This document shows, piece after piece, positions 37,471-46,966 of a DNA stretch of 64,000 nucleotides (position 1 is the stretch's first letter; every line of letters starts with the position of its first letter). Where the stretch lies: the NCBI GenBank assembly GCA_963677925.2, contig CAXXYH010000001.1, positions 96,001 to 160,000 of the forward strand. Reading direction: 5' to 3'. The notes under the pieces were generated by a model that saw only the letters and a list, made by a program, of their open reading frames with translations, did not search any database and was not told the DNA's origin. Source of the DNA: Spirochaetia bacterium (GTDB lineage: Bacteria; Spirochaetota; Spirochaetia; UBA9216). A program made the position numbers and the translations under genes.

Positions 37471-39642
37471 ATGAAAATTAGATTGTGCCTGATTAGTCTG
37501 ATACTCAGTATATTTACACCGTTTCTACTATATGCTGATGAAATTATAAAGAGTATTGAGTTCAGAAACAAACCTCTTGTTGATGTTTTAGTAGCCCTTG
37601 GTTCAACTGCCGGCTATTCAATACTTTCAGATGATACAGTTACAGGAACAGCTACATACCGTTTTTCGGATACAACCTTTGAAGAGTCCCTCGAGAATCT
37701 AAGCCAAAAATATGGTTTTTTTTATAAAAAAACAGGAGAACGAATTTATTCAATCTCAAGAATCGATGCTGTTTATGAACCGGAACAAGGATTGTTTTCA
37801 ATAAAAGCAATTGATGCAAATCTATTCAACATATTGCAGGAAGCTTCTATAGCTATTGGAAAGACCATTCTCTTCGATCCCCTGCCCTCAGAACGGCTAA
37901 CACTCAACAGCGTGGGGATAACTCCGGAAAGTTTTCTTACTATGATAACATCCCGTTTTTCAAGTTATTCACTATATATAGATAATGATTATTTTTACAT
38001 TAAACGGGAACAGGTATCCTCTATCATTGGGACGGAAAAAGCTGAGCAGGAGTCTATAGCCTCTGACGGTGATAACAGCTATTCCCTTAAAATCGACCGT
38101 GGCGATCTACTCTCGGTGATCGATGAACTCTTCGACAAGGCGGACAAAGAATACGTTCTGCTCTTTAAATCATCCGCATCACTGAAGGACCTTTCGTACA
38201 CCGATAAAAGCTTTGATGAACTTCTTCGACTTCTTCTTGTTCAGACAGGCGGTGATTATACTGTAAATAATGATATCTATTACCTTTTCGACATAAACCG
38301 CCAGGATATTCTTAAGCAGTACAAGCTTTCCGAGTACTATACTCTAAACTACATCTCGGCCGAAGATGTTCCATCCCTGCTGCCTAACCTTCTAAGCTCA
38401 AGCAGTTTCTACAAGATAGACAAAGACAGGAATTCGCTTGTCCTGAGCGGGAGCCTTGAAGAACTAAGACCGCTCAAAGACTACTTAAAAGCAATAGATA
38501 AGCCCCAGACCGATAAAGAGTACTATACTTTTACACTTGATTTCATGGAACCATCTACAGCTCTTGAGGCTTTCCCCCAAAGACTTAAGGCGCCACAGCC
38601 CATTGTATTGAAGAATGCTCATTCGTTTTTGGGATTTTATACAGATGCACAAAAGAACGAGGTTGACGGCCTTCTTTCTGCAATGGATGTACCAAGGGAA
38701 TCTCATGTACTGACTTTCAAGTATCTGAAGGCTGAAGATTTTCTTGGCAACCCGCCTCCTCCGTTTACCACGGATGATTTTAAAGATACCGGCAGCATGT
38801 CGTCCGTATATTTTATCGGCAGCAGTTCAAGGCTGGAATATCTTAAGTCACTCGTTGCAGAAATTGATGTTCCGGCTCCCCAGCTTAGATACAAGCTTAT
38901 GATAGTCCAGTACCAAAAGAGCAAAGGGCTTGATTTCGGCATCAGCGTATCCAATTCGGCATCCGAGGATGACAGTGAATCAGCTTTTCTTGGAACTATA
39001 GGCCATCTGCTGTCGCTTGATTTTGATATCCTTTCAACTTTTGGATACCTCTTCGCCGTTGAGCTGGATACAAAACTGAGCAACAGCAAAGCTGAAGTAA
39101 TGGCTGATACTACTCTGCATGGACTATCCGGGCAGACAGTCAGTTTTCAGAACAGCTCAACCTACCGTTACCGCGAACCGGAGGTTGATGATGACGGGGA
39201 TACTACATACACCGGTGTTACAAGCGAGATCTCAACAGGGCTTTTTATGGAAATAACCGGCTGGGTTTCCGGTGATAATATGATTACTATGGAGGTCGAA
39301 TCGACTATTTCCAAGGAAAGCGACAGTGAAAGCAGTGAAGACGAGCTGCCTCCTACAACAGAAAGAATTATAAACACCCACTTGCGAACACCATCGGGGA
39401 AGCCGATAGTAATCGGTGGTTTGATGCAGAAGGAAGTAACTGAATCAGTATCAAAAGTCCCGATTCTTGGAGATATTCCGCTCATCGGCTTTTTATTCAG
39501 GAAGATCAGTAATACCGAAGAAAATACTGAGTTCGTCGTTTACCTTGTTCCCTATCTTGAGGAAGAAACTGTCGGCGATACCGTTCTGTCGGTAGAAGAA
39601 GAAATTACAAGATTATCAAAAGAGTTTTTCCCGAAATCATGA
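37471..39642 (+). CDS. gspD: Type II secretion secretin
   Basis: Signal peptide, N-domains, secretin C-domain (IVIGGLMQ..KVPILGDIPLIGFLF..TEFVVYLVP). Confidence 0.9.
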   Translation: MKIRLCLISLILSIFTPFLLYADEIIKSIEFRNKPLVDVLVALGSTAGYSILSDDTVTGTATYRFSDTTFEESLENLSQKYGFFYKKTGERIYSISRIDAVYEPEQGLFSIKAIDANLFNILQEASIAIGKTILFDPLPSERLTLNSVGITPESFLTMITSRFSSYSLYIDNDYFYIKREQVSSIIGTEKAEQESIASDGDNSYSLKIDRGDLLSVIDELFDKADKEYVLLFKSSASLKDLSYTDKSFDELLRLLLVQTGGDYTVNNDIYYLFDINRQDILKQYKLSEYYTLNYISAEDVPSLLPNLLSSSSFYKIDKDRNSLVLSGSLEELRPLKDYLKAIDKPQTDKEYYTFTLDFMEPSTALEAFPQRLKAPQPIVLKNAHSFLGFYTDAQKNEVDGLLSAMDVPRESHVLTFKYLKAEDFLGNPPPPFTTDDFKDTGSMSSVYFIGSSSRLEYLKSLVAEIDVPAPQLRYKLMIVQYQKSKGLDFGISVSNSASEDDSESAFLGTIGHLLSLDFDILSTFGYLFAVELDTKLSNSKAEVMADTTLHGLSGQTVSFQNSSTYRYREPEVDDDGDTTYTGVTSEISTGLFMEITGWVSGDNMITMEVESTISKESDSESSEDELPPTTERIINTHLRTPSGKPIVIGGLMQKEVTESVSKVPILGDIPLIGFLFRKISNTEENTEFVVYLVPYLEEETVGDTVLSVEEEITRLSKEFFPKS

Positions 39643-41108
39643 AGATCCCGAAAGCCGCAATTAAAGATTACGAACCTCTTCCGCCTATTAATGAACAGTA
39701 TGCAGTTAAGTTCATGGAGAAAAATAAAGTTCTCAAGCTTGGCCTGAATGAAAACGGAATATCTATTACAGGAATATGTTCTCCCTACAGTCAGGAGTTG
39801 ATTGATGAAATAATAGATTTTCATCGGGGTGCTGTCGAGTTCTTTGAGATTGAGCCCGAAGATTTTACGATTTATCTGGGCCGTGCACTATCCGTCGCAG
39901 ACGCTTATCAATCATCCTCCGGTCCTGATATGCATATTGAGATAGATACGTTTGCGGATGATGCTCCAATTATAAATCTGGTTAACTCTATTTTTATTGA
40001 AGCCATTCGAAAAAAGGCTTCGGATATTCACATTGAGGGACGTGCAGACAGGCTGTCAATACGCTACCGTATAGATGGTGTGCTGGTTCAGGCCATGGAA
40101 TACGATGCTGCATTTTTCTCTCCTGTTTCAAGCCGTATTAAGATAATGGCAGATCTGAACATTATGGAAAGAAGGCTTCCACAGGACGGCCGAATTTCAG
40201 TCAGTATAGACGGAGTTGAACTGGACATGAGGCTTTCAATTGTTCCCATCACGGGAGGAGAATCGATAGTACTTCGACTTTTCAACCGGAAAGGGTCACT
40301 TCTTGGTATTAATGAACTTGGTTTTTCCGAATCTGTGAGGAAGAACATTGTTCACCTCTATAACCAGCCGCATGGTCTTGTCCTTTTCACCGGGCCTACA
40401 GGCTCCGGTAAAACGACCAGTCTGAATGCTATTATTGGTAACCTTGATCACCGGTCAAACAAAATCGTTACTATTGAGGATCCAGTAGAATACAGTATAG
40501 AGGGCGTTAATCAGATTCAGACCAACGATGAAATCGGACTGACATTTCATTCCCTTCTCAGACGTGTTTTACGGCAGGATCCGAATATTATAATGGTTGG
40601 AGAAATAAGGGATTCCGATACAGCTCAGCTTGCCGTTAGAGCAGCTCTTACCGGACATCTTGTCCTATCTTCTCTTCATACAAATGATGCTGTTTCATCT
40701 GTCCATCGTCTCATAAATATGGGAGTTGAATCATACCTGCTTGCGGCAATTCTACGCGGTGCGATTGCACAGAGGCTTGTCAGGGTTTTATGCCCCGCCT
40801 GCAAAAAAGAAATCAAACTGTCTGCATCCGAAAAATCTATCTATGCACAATACGGCCTTGAAACAGAATCAAGTTTTATCCACCGTGGATGTCCGGAGTG
40901 CAGCTTCACAGGATATTCCGGACGTACAACCGTTGCAGAATGTTTTGTTAAATCTGCGGAACTCGAAGAGTTAATAGTAAAAAACTCGCCTAATAATATT
41001 CTGGCAGCACAGCTTGAAAAAGAAAAATATTCTGTGCTGTTTAAAAATGGCTTGCAGAAGACAATTGACGGTGTGACTGACCTCGCAGAAATTGAGAGAG
41101 TTATATGA
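39639..41108 (+). CDS. gspE: Type II secretion ATPase
   Basis: ASDIHIE, RYRIDG, PQDGR, GPTGSGKTT, TIEDPVE, LRQDP, GHLVLSSLH, CPAC/CPEC zinc motif. Confidence 0.95.
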   Translation: MKIPKAAIKDYEPLPPINEQYAVKFMEKNKVLKLGLNENGISITGICSPYSQELIDEIIDFHRGAVEFFEIEPEDFTIYLGRALSVADAYQSSSGPDMHIEIDTFADDAPIINLVNSIFIEAIRKKASDIHIEGRADRLSIRYRIDGVLVQAMEYDAAFFSPVSSRIKIMADLNIMERRLPQDGRISVSIDGVELDMRLSIVPITGGESIVLRLFNRKGSLLGINELGFSESVRKNIVHLYNQPHGLVLFTGPTGSGKTTSLNAIIGNLDHRSNKIVTIEDPVEYSIEGVNQIQTNDEIGLTFHSLLRRVLRQDPNIIMVGEIRDSDTAQLAVRAALTGHLVLSSLHTNDAVSSVHRLINMGVESYLLAAILRGAIAQRLVRVLCPACKKEIKLSASEKSIYAQYGLETESSFIHRGCPECSFTGYSGRTTVAECFVKSAELEELIVKNSPNNILAAQLEKEKYSVLFKNGLQKTIDGVTDLAEIERVI

Positions 41109-42157
41109 ATATGCGGAACTGCAGGCAGCTGAAAACAAAGGAACTTCTTGATTTTACATCAAACCTATCTCTTCTGTTGAACTCCGGTCTGTCTGTTTAT
41201 AATTCAATACAAATGATTAATAGTTTTTCTGCAGGTAATAAGCTAAAGCCCCTTACAACCTACCTTGAAGAAGGATTAAAAAAAGGAAATTCACTCTCGA
41301 GTCTGCTTGATAAAGGTGATTACGTTTTTCCTCCCTTATACAGCGGTCTTATTAATATCGGCGATCGAATAGGTTCTTTATCTACAATATTGCCTACATT
41401 AAAAACCTATCTGGAAAGAAACAAAAAAGTCCATGACAAATTTATTAACGCTTCGATATATCCGGTGATGATACTTGTGATGCTGTTTACCGGACTTTTC
41501 TTTTTGATGATTCTGGGAATTCCAAAAATAGAAGAGCTATTCAGTGAGATAGCCGGAAAGGGGTCGCAGCTTGAGTCTTTCCAGGCAAAGATAATCGGAC
41601 TCAGGATTTCAGGTACCGTCTTAATTTTGTTGGTTATTCTATTTGCAACTGCAATTTTTACACGTAAAAATGTTGAATGTTTTAAACGGGCAACAGACAG
41701 CCTTCTTTTAAAGATCCCTGTTTTATCAAACATTATTAAGACGATAGATATTTTTAATTTATCCTTTGCTGTTGAAACCCTGACAAAACACGGAATACCG
41801 CTCTCTTCTGCAGTTCTTGAAGCGAAGGAAGTCTGCAGCAATGAAGCACTTAAGGAAATTTTCCGTTTAGTTAATAAGGAGCTGGTTTCCGGCCGCAGCT
41901 TATACAAGGCATTCTCAGTACGCAGGGAAATTCCGCCTAGAATGGTTCAGTGGATAGGGATTGGTGAAAATACCGGTCAGACTGAGCATGTATTTGCACA
42001 GCTTCGAATTTATTATGAATCAGAGATTGAAAATCTCACGACAAGGCTTCTCGGCATTATAGAACCTCTGCTGACTGTAATAGTAGGAGCCATAATAATT
42101 TACCTTATACTCAATTTAATTGTACCGCTGTTTTCCCTTTTCGGAACAATAGCATAA
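41105..42157 (+). CDS. gspF: Type II secretion inner-membrane platform protein
   Basis: Two GspF domains (LLLNSGL, IYP, LLLKIP, IGENTG, IIEPLL). Confidence 0.92.
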   Translation: MNMRNCRQLKTKELLDFTSNLSLLLNSGLSVYNSIQMINSFSAGNKLKPLTTYLEEGLKKGNSLSSLLDKGDYVFPPLYSGLINIGDRIGSLSTILPTLKTYLERNKKVHDKFINASIYPVMILVMLFTGLFFLMILGIPKIEELFSEIAGKGSQLESFQAKIIGLRISGTVLILLVILFATAIFTRKNVECFKRATDSLLLKIPVLSNIIKTIDIFNLSFAVETLTKHGIPLSSAVLEAKEVCSNEALKEIFRLVNKELVSGRSLYKAFSVRREIPPRMVQWIGIGENTGQTEHVFAQLRIYYESEIENLTTRLLGIIEPLLTVIVGAIIIYLILNLIVPLFSLFGTIA

Positions 42158-42176
42158 TCAGACTTCAGGAGTTGTA

Positions 42177-42617
42177 ATGAAAGATATAAAGAAAAAACTT
42201 GAAGAAGGCTGGACCTTTGTTGAAACACTCATTGTTATAGCGATAGTGCTGATCTTAACCAGTTCCGTCGGCTTTATGGCCTTTAAGTATATAGACAAGG
42301 CAAAAGTCGTCACTTCCAGAACTCAAATTGAAAACCTGAGTCTTGCACTTAACTCTTATTTTTTCGATAACAGACAGTTTCCAACACAGGACCAGGGCCT
42401 TGAGGCACTTTGGAAAAAGACAAATATCTCACCGGTCCCGGAGGATTGGAACGGCCCTTATCTGGAAAAGGAAGTTCCGGATGATCCCTGGGGCAACAAG
42501 TTCGAATATACAGTTCCCGGGCCGAACGGACTGCCGTTTGGAATAAGATCGTTTGGTGCGGACGGTCTTGAAGGCGGAGAGAATCTTGAAAAGGATATTA
42601 CATCCTGGGACAACTGA
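42177..42617 (+). CDS. gspG: Major pseudopilin
   Basis: G|WTFVETLIVIAI type III signal; FPTQDQGLEAL, WNGPYL, DPWG, SFGADG..GG..DI. Confidence 0.95.
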   Translation: MKDIKKKLEEGWTFVETLIVIAIVLILTSSVGFMAFKYIDKAKVVTSRTQIENLSLALNSYFFDNRQFPTQDQGLEALWKKTNISPVPEDWNGPYLEKEVPDDPWGNKFEYTVPGPNGLPFGIRSFGADGLEGGENLEKDITSWDN

Positions 42618-43588
42618 TGCTTGAGAAAGTATTATCAAGGGAGGACTATGATGTACGGTTCCTTGATATACCTGATAACAGAGAAAATTTATCTCCTGAA
42701 CAATATATAGACTCAAAGATTCATTCTATTTATCCTGGAAACAACGGGGCGTATGAGTACACCTACAGGTTATACAATCAGAAAACGGCAATAATTGTCT
42801 TTATCACAAAGGAAACAGGAGTTAATTATGGTAGTAGAAAACCCTTTGTTCCTGTTTTTATACTGCCTGATTTATCAGTAAAATTAGTTGATATTGATAT
42901 CCTTTGTATATCAAATAATAAGGTTATAGAAAAAATCATATTCAAAGACAGTGTGCCTGTTCGATCTCAGTTGACAGATTATCACGATCCAGATTTATTA
43001 AATCCCGGTATTATGACCGGCTGGTTATTTATTGAGGGAAAGGATACTAATGGTTTTCCTAATGTTGAGTCTTGTCGAATTTATAAACTGCCCCGATTTA
43101 CTGAATTCCATCGCTTTAAAAAGATCAGAAACAGCAGGGCTATAAGTTTTAGATCTTTTTATATTCTTACAGCTCTTCTCCTTCTTCTAATCGGAGGGGC
43201 AGGTTACAGATATTCGATACTTCTTGATTCTGAAATTTCTAAACGTATTGCCGTACAAAATCAGATTATCCAATTTCAGAGTCGTAATACAGAAATTGAA
43301 AAAAAGATTTTGGAAGTCCGGTCATCAATTAATACGCTTAGAATCGAAGAGATTGGTGATCCGTATAATTTATTAATTGCAATATATGAAACTGTTGGGT
43401 ATGAACTGAAAATCAGAAGAATCTCTATTCAAAAAAATACCTTCTCAGTAGAAGCGGAGAGCGAAAGTCCGATTGTTGTATCGGATCGTCTATCGAAAAA
43501 CAGCTTGTTTTCAGATGTAAGTATCCAGAGAATCCAGGATAATGATGATGGATTCAGATTCTCATTATCGGGACGTTTCAATGGATAA
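42617..43588 (+). CDS. Bitopic T2SS platform protein, GspL/PilN-like
   Basis: Cytoplasmic N-domain, single TM, coiled coil, ferredoxin-like C-terminus ending FRFSLSG; position after gspG. Confidence 0.55.
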   Translation: MLEKVLSREDYDVRFLDIPDNRENLSPEQYIDSKIHSIYPGNNGAYEYTYRLYNQKTAIIVFITKETGVNYGSRKPFVPVFILPDLSVKLVDIDILCISNNKVIEKIIFKDSVPVRSQLTDYHDPDLLNPGIMTGWLFIEGKDTNGFPNVESCRIYKLPRFTEFHRFKKIRNSRAISFRSFYILTALLLLLIGGAGYRYSILLDSEISKRIAVQNQIIQFQSRNTEIEKKILEVRSSINTLRIEEIGDPYNLLIAIYETVGYELKIRRISIQKNTFSVEAESESPIVVSDRLSKNSLFSDVSIQRIQDNDDGFRFSLSGRFNG

Positions 43589-44105
43589 AGATAGAAAAAT
43601 ACTGTTGAGAATTCTTTTGTCAACACTGCTTGTTCCGTTAATACTGTTTATCGGATGGAATATAAACGCTATAAAAAGCAGCCGTAATAGAATATCCCGG
43701 TTAGAAATTACCCATAGCCTGTCTGATCTTCAAACTGAATACATCAAATTGTCTAAAGAATTTGAATACGCTGAAAACAGGTATAATGAAATTGTATCAT
43801 TTCTGTTTTGTGAGGATGATATTAAATTTTATGAGTTTTGTAATCTAATCATTGATGCCGCAGAAAACCGAAGAGTGACCGTTAATAACTACAGCGCAAA
43901 TGAGTCTACAGATCCTGAACGTATAAACATTACAGCTGAGGGCCGTATTAACGATATCCTTCAATATCTTCAGTTTATTGATGAATACCAAAAAAAAATT
44001 GATATAACTCAGATGTCACTTGGCTATAATTATGAAAAAAATGATTACAATCTGTCATTGATGATCAATTTTGTCACCAGTGATTCTTTTACAGGGAGAA
44101 AATAA
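43581..44105 (+). CDS. GspM/PilO-like protein
   Basis: N-terminal TM, coiled coil, ITAEG..DILQYLQFID pattern. Confidence 0.55.
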   Translation: MDKDRKILLRILLSTLLVPLILFIGWNINAIKSSRNRISRLEITHSLSDLQTEYIKLSKEFEYAENRYNEIVSFLFCEDDIKFYEFCNLIIDAAENRRVTVNNYSANESTDPERINITAEGRINDILQYLQFIDEYQKKIDITQMSLGYNYEKNDYNLSLMINFVTSDSFTGRK

Positions 44106-44674
44106 TGAAAAGGTCATATATTATAGTTCTCATTTTAATTTCCGTTTTAATCGGATGTGCATCTGCACCAGAGAACTTTTTCCCGGAAAATTTAGCCGGA
44201 ATCATATTCGATAATTATAACAACCCTGTCACCGGAGCTTTGGTAACAGTTAATAGTGATAAAACATTTACTTCAGATATTGACGGCAGGTTTATTATTG
44301 CGGATCTTGATGCAGGCAAATATCATATAAGCATTACAAAGGCCGGTTTTGAGACAATAGAAACTGATATCGATTTCTTGGATCCCAAACAGGTCATGTA
44401 CCTCAAAATGTCATCATTAAGTTTTTTCAAAAGTGAAATTGAAGCTGATATTAAAAAAAGAGACTATGTAAAAGCTCAACAGCAGCTTGACAGAGCTTTC
44501 AAAATTGCAGAAGCAGATCCTGTTTTAATATATCTTGCAGCGGTATGCAGTTTTTATCAAGGTAAATATATAGATAGTCAAACATATCTGAAGCGGCTAA
44601 GAGAGTCCGGATATTCGCTTGAATCGCTGCACGAGCTGGAGAATAAAATTGATGAAAAAATACTTTCTGAATAA
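44105..44674 (+). CDS. Lipoprotein with carboxypeptidase-regulatory-like domain and TPR
   Basis: Lipobox LIG|C; GIIFD..PVTGALV..SDIDGRF..GKY..KAGFE; C-terminal TPR-like helices. Confidence 0.75.
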   Translation: MKRSYIIVLILISVLIGCASAPENFFPENLAGIIFDNYNNPVTGALVTVNSDKTFTSDIDGRFIIADLDAGKYHISITKAGFETIETDIDFLDPKQVMYLKMSSLSFFKSEIEADIKKRDYVKAQQQLDRAFKIAEADPVLIYLAAVCSFYQGKYIDSQTYLKRLRESGYSLESLHELENKIDEKILSE

Positions 44675-44867
44675 GTTTACTGATGGATATATATTATTGG
44701 ATTCTCTGGTAGCCGTAATTATTACTGCAGTATTTATTATTTCATTAGCCAGCCTATACTCATCTATAATTAAATTGTCTGTCAAACGCGATTCCGCCTA
44801 CATTGAGTATCTTACTGTAAATAATAATTTAATAGATTCGGGAAAATTTATCTTTAATGAAGAATAA
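44652..44867 (+). CDS. Small minor pseudopilin (GspI-like)
   Basis: G|YILLDSLVAVII degenerate type III signal followed by a hydrophobic helix; overlaps both neighbours. Confidence 0.55.
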   Translation: MKKYFLNKFTDGYILLDSLVAVIITAVFIISLASLYSSIIKLSVKRDSAYIEYLTVNNNLIDSGKFIFNEE

Positions 44868-45372
44868 ACTCTCTGAATTGGAAGAAGGCTTTACGCTGAC
44901 AGAAACGGTTATCGCTGTTTTTATTTTATCACTTGCGTCGATTCTGCTGTTTATGGGTGGACAAAAGTTGTTTGTCAGTTTCAATTCTATCATGGATACG
45001 AATATCTTTCTTAAAGAAGCTGCACAGGCTGATATTCTGTTGAAAGATTTATGTAATGATATACAGATACCATTCTGGGAAGAATATCCGGAGTATGTCA
45101 GTGATTCGAAAAGTATTGAATTACCATATCTGAAAGGCAATAAAGATTCAGTTATCAAAATCGCTTTTACTGCAGAAGGTTTAAATATTAAAAGAGATGA
45201 TGAAACTCAGCTCGTTTTTCAGAATCTGAAGATCGGCTATTTTGAACCTTTAATAGTTGATGAAATAACATACGGAATTCAAATCATATTAATTGATTCA
45301 GATCAGAAAGACTACAGATATAAGCTTCTATTCGGTAGTTACTCTCTTGTTTACGGAAATACGGATGGCTGA
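44857..45372 (+). CDS. Minor pseudopilin (GspJ/H-like)
   Basis: G|FTLTETVIAVFIL canonical type III signal with E5. Confidence 0.75.
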   Translation: MKNKLSELEEGFTLTETVIAVFILSLASILLFMGGQKLFVSFNSIMDTNIFLKEAAQADILLKDLCNDIQIPFWEEYPEYVSDSKSIELPYLKGNKDSVIKIAFTAEGLNIKRDDETQLVFQNLKIGYFEPLIVDEITYGIQIILIDSDQKDYRYKLLFGSYSLVYGNTDG

Positions 45373-46438
45373 TAAAAAACAGGATAAGTTAACCGAAGCA
45401 TTCGCTACCCCATATGCTTTTATGCTGATAGTCTTTCTGTCGATTATTTTCATTGGTCTGTCATATGTAATATCATCAGGCAGACAAGATATTTCAATGC
45501 TTTCAGATATTACAGAAGAGAAAAGAGTCCAGGAAACTATCGAAGAGATTATTGAAGCAATTCTGAATGATGAAACTCCGGAATCAGATTCCTGTGTTGA
45601 TCTAGTTTGGAATAAAATTGAATCATTGAATACTGATAACTTCTATGTGACTATGAGTGATATCTCCAGCCGGATAAATCTTAATTATTTCAGAGACGAA
45701 CTCATTGACGGTACAGATATCAATAAACTTCTTTTCAAGAAAGGTAAATCCATGTCTGAACTTGAACAATACAGGCATGATATTGGGCTCTTCCCTGACC
45801 CTCAGTGTTTACAGGATGACTATCTAACTGAAGATGCGGTTCTGAAATACGCAACGGTCCACAGTTACATGAACATAAATATTGCCGATGAACTGGCGCT
45901 TACTGAATTGTTTAAAATTCGTACCGGTAATGACGCCGGATCTGAATCTTTCAGGCGAAGGGTTCAGAATGAAAGAATGAATAATGCTGTAGTATCAAAC
46001 AATAATCTAAAAACAATCCTGGAAACCCATATGGATATGCTTTACCCCTTCATCAATGCCGTGCCGGTTATGAATATTCATTACGTAGCTGAAGAAATAC
46101 TTATCAGAACCCTTAAATATGATTTTGGAGATAAGCCCCTGTCTTACCCCGATAGAGCTTATAACACGATAATTCAAAGCCGTGACAGCAGAGAGTTTAA
46201 ACCGGAAAATTTGAAATCAGTCTTTACGATTGATGATGTCTCACACCCTATCTTTGATTATTGTGGTACAAAAAGCTGGTTTTGGGAAATTCTAATATCT
46301 ACTGCAGATAACAAATATAAAACTGTAATTGCTGAAATTCCCGATATCGGTTTATCATATCGTCCTGAGGAAGATGCTGATTATATTAACACAAAAAGGA
46401 TTATTCAAATTATCAGTAGTGTGAAAAGTGAGGAATGA
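45365..46438 (+). CDS. gspK: Minor pseudopilin GspK-like
   Basis: N-terminal hydrophobic helix lacking E5; DISSRINLN, MNINIA and MNIHYV motifs typical of GspK; ATG 45365. Confidence 0.7.
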   Translation: MADKKQDKLTEAFATPYAFMLIVFLSIIFIGLSYVISSGRQDISMLSDITEEKRVQETIEEIIEAILNDETPESDSCVDLVWNKIESLNTDNFYVTMSDISSRINLNYFRDELIDGTDINKLLFKKGKSMSELEQYRHDIGLFPDPQCLQDDYLTEDAVLKYATVHSYMNINIADELALTELFKIRTGNDAGSESFRRRVQNERMNNAVVSNNNLKTILETHMDMLYPFINAVPVMNIHYVAEEILIRTLKYDFGDKPLSYPDRAYNTIIQSRDSREFKPENLKSVFTIDDVSHPIFDYCGTKSWFWEILISTADNKYKTVIAEIPDIGLSYRPEEDADYINTKRIIQIISSVKSEE

Positions 46439-46956
46439 AAATGGCAAAGGTTTCAACAACAACTAAGACAATTCTGATAACAGCAATAACTGCTGCTGCA
46501 GTATATATCATCCTGACCTTCATCCTGCCTCCTGAGGTTCTTGTAAAACGGCATGCTGCACAAAAAACAGAATCAGCCGATATCCAATCTTCTGAGCACT
46601 ATGATGATGAATCTGCAAAAAATTCTGATAACACAGAAATGGTGAAATCCAATATACCGGCACTGCAGATGACTAATATGTTCTACAGTGAAGGAAGGCA
46701 AAAAACAGAGCAAACTGAAATTATATCAGTACCTGAAAGTGATACAACCTACAACACTAACCGCTTTATGTTCCTTGGCACCATGTGCACAAAGGGTATC
46801 TGCCTGTATATGCTGAAAGACACTGAACTTGATTTCGTATTCGGAATACCTGAATTTTCCGACGCCGAAGGTTTTACAATGACTGCGTTTGATGAAGATG
46901 CTCAGTTTATTGTAATTACAGATGGTGAATCAGATTATAAAATATATATGCAATAA
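46435..46956 (+). CDS. Bitopic hypothetical protein, last gene of T2SS operon (GspC/PilP-like candidate)
   Basis: N-terminal TM, polar linker, small beta domain beginning FMFLG. Confidence 0.5.
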   Translation: MKMAKVSTTTKTILITAITAAAVYIILTFILPPEVLVKRHAAQKTESADIQSSEHYDDESAKNSDNTEMVKSNIPALQMTNMFYSEGRQKTEQTEIISVPESDTTYNTNRFMFLGTMCTKGICLYMLKDTELDFVFGIPEFSDAEGFTMTAFDEDAQFIVITDGESDYKIYMQ

Positions 46957-46966
46957 TCCCTGTACG

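Noticed and set aside
41407-41907. 166-aa antisense ORF, and similar short ORFs nested in or antisense to long genes (e.g. 25911-26360, 38703-39089)
   Set aside because: Shadow ORFs of well-supported genes with no motifs or start signals.
37471-46956. Type IV pilus, Tad or competence system instead of T2SS
   Set aside because: GspG has the T2SS-specific GLEAL/WNGPYL/DPWG motifs and a GspK-like gene is present; no PilT, PilM or Tad genes.
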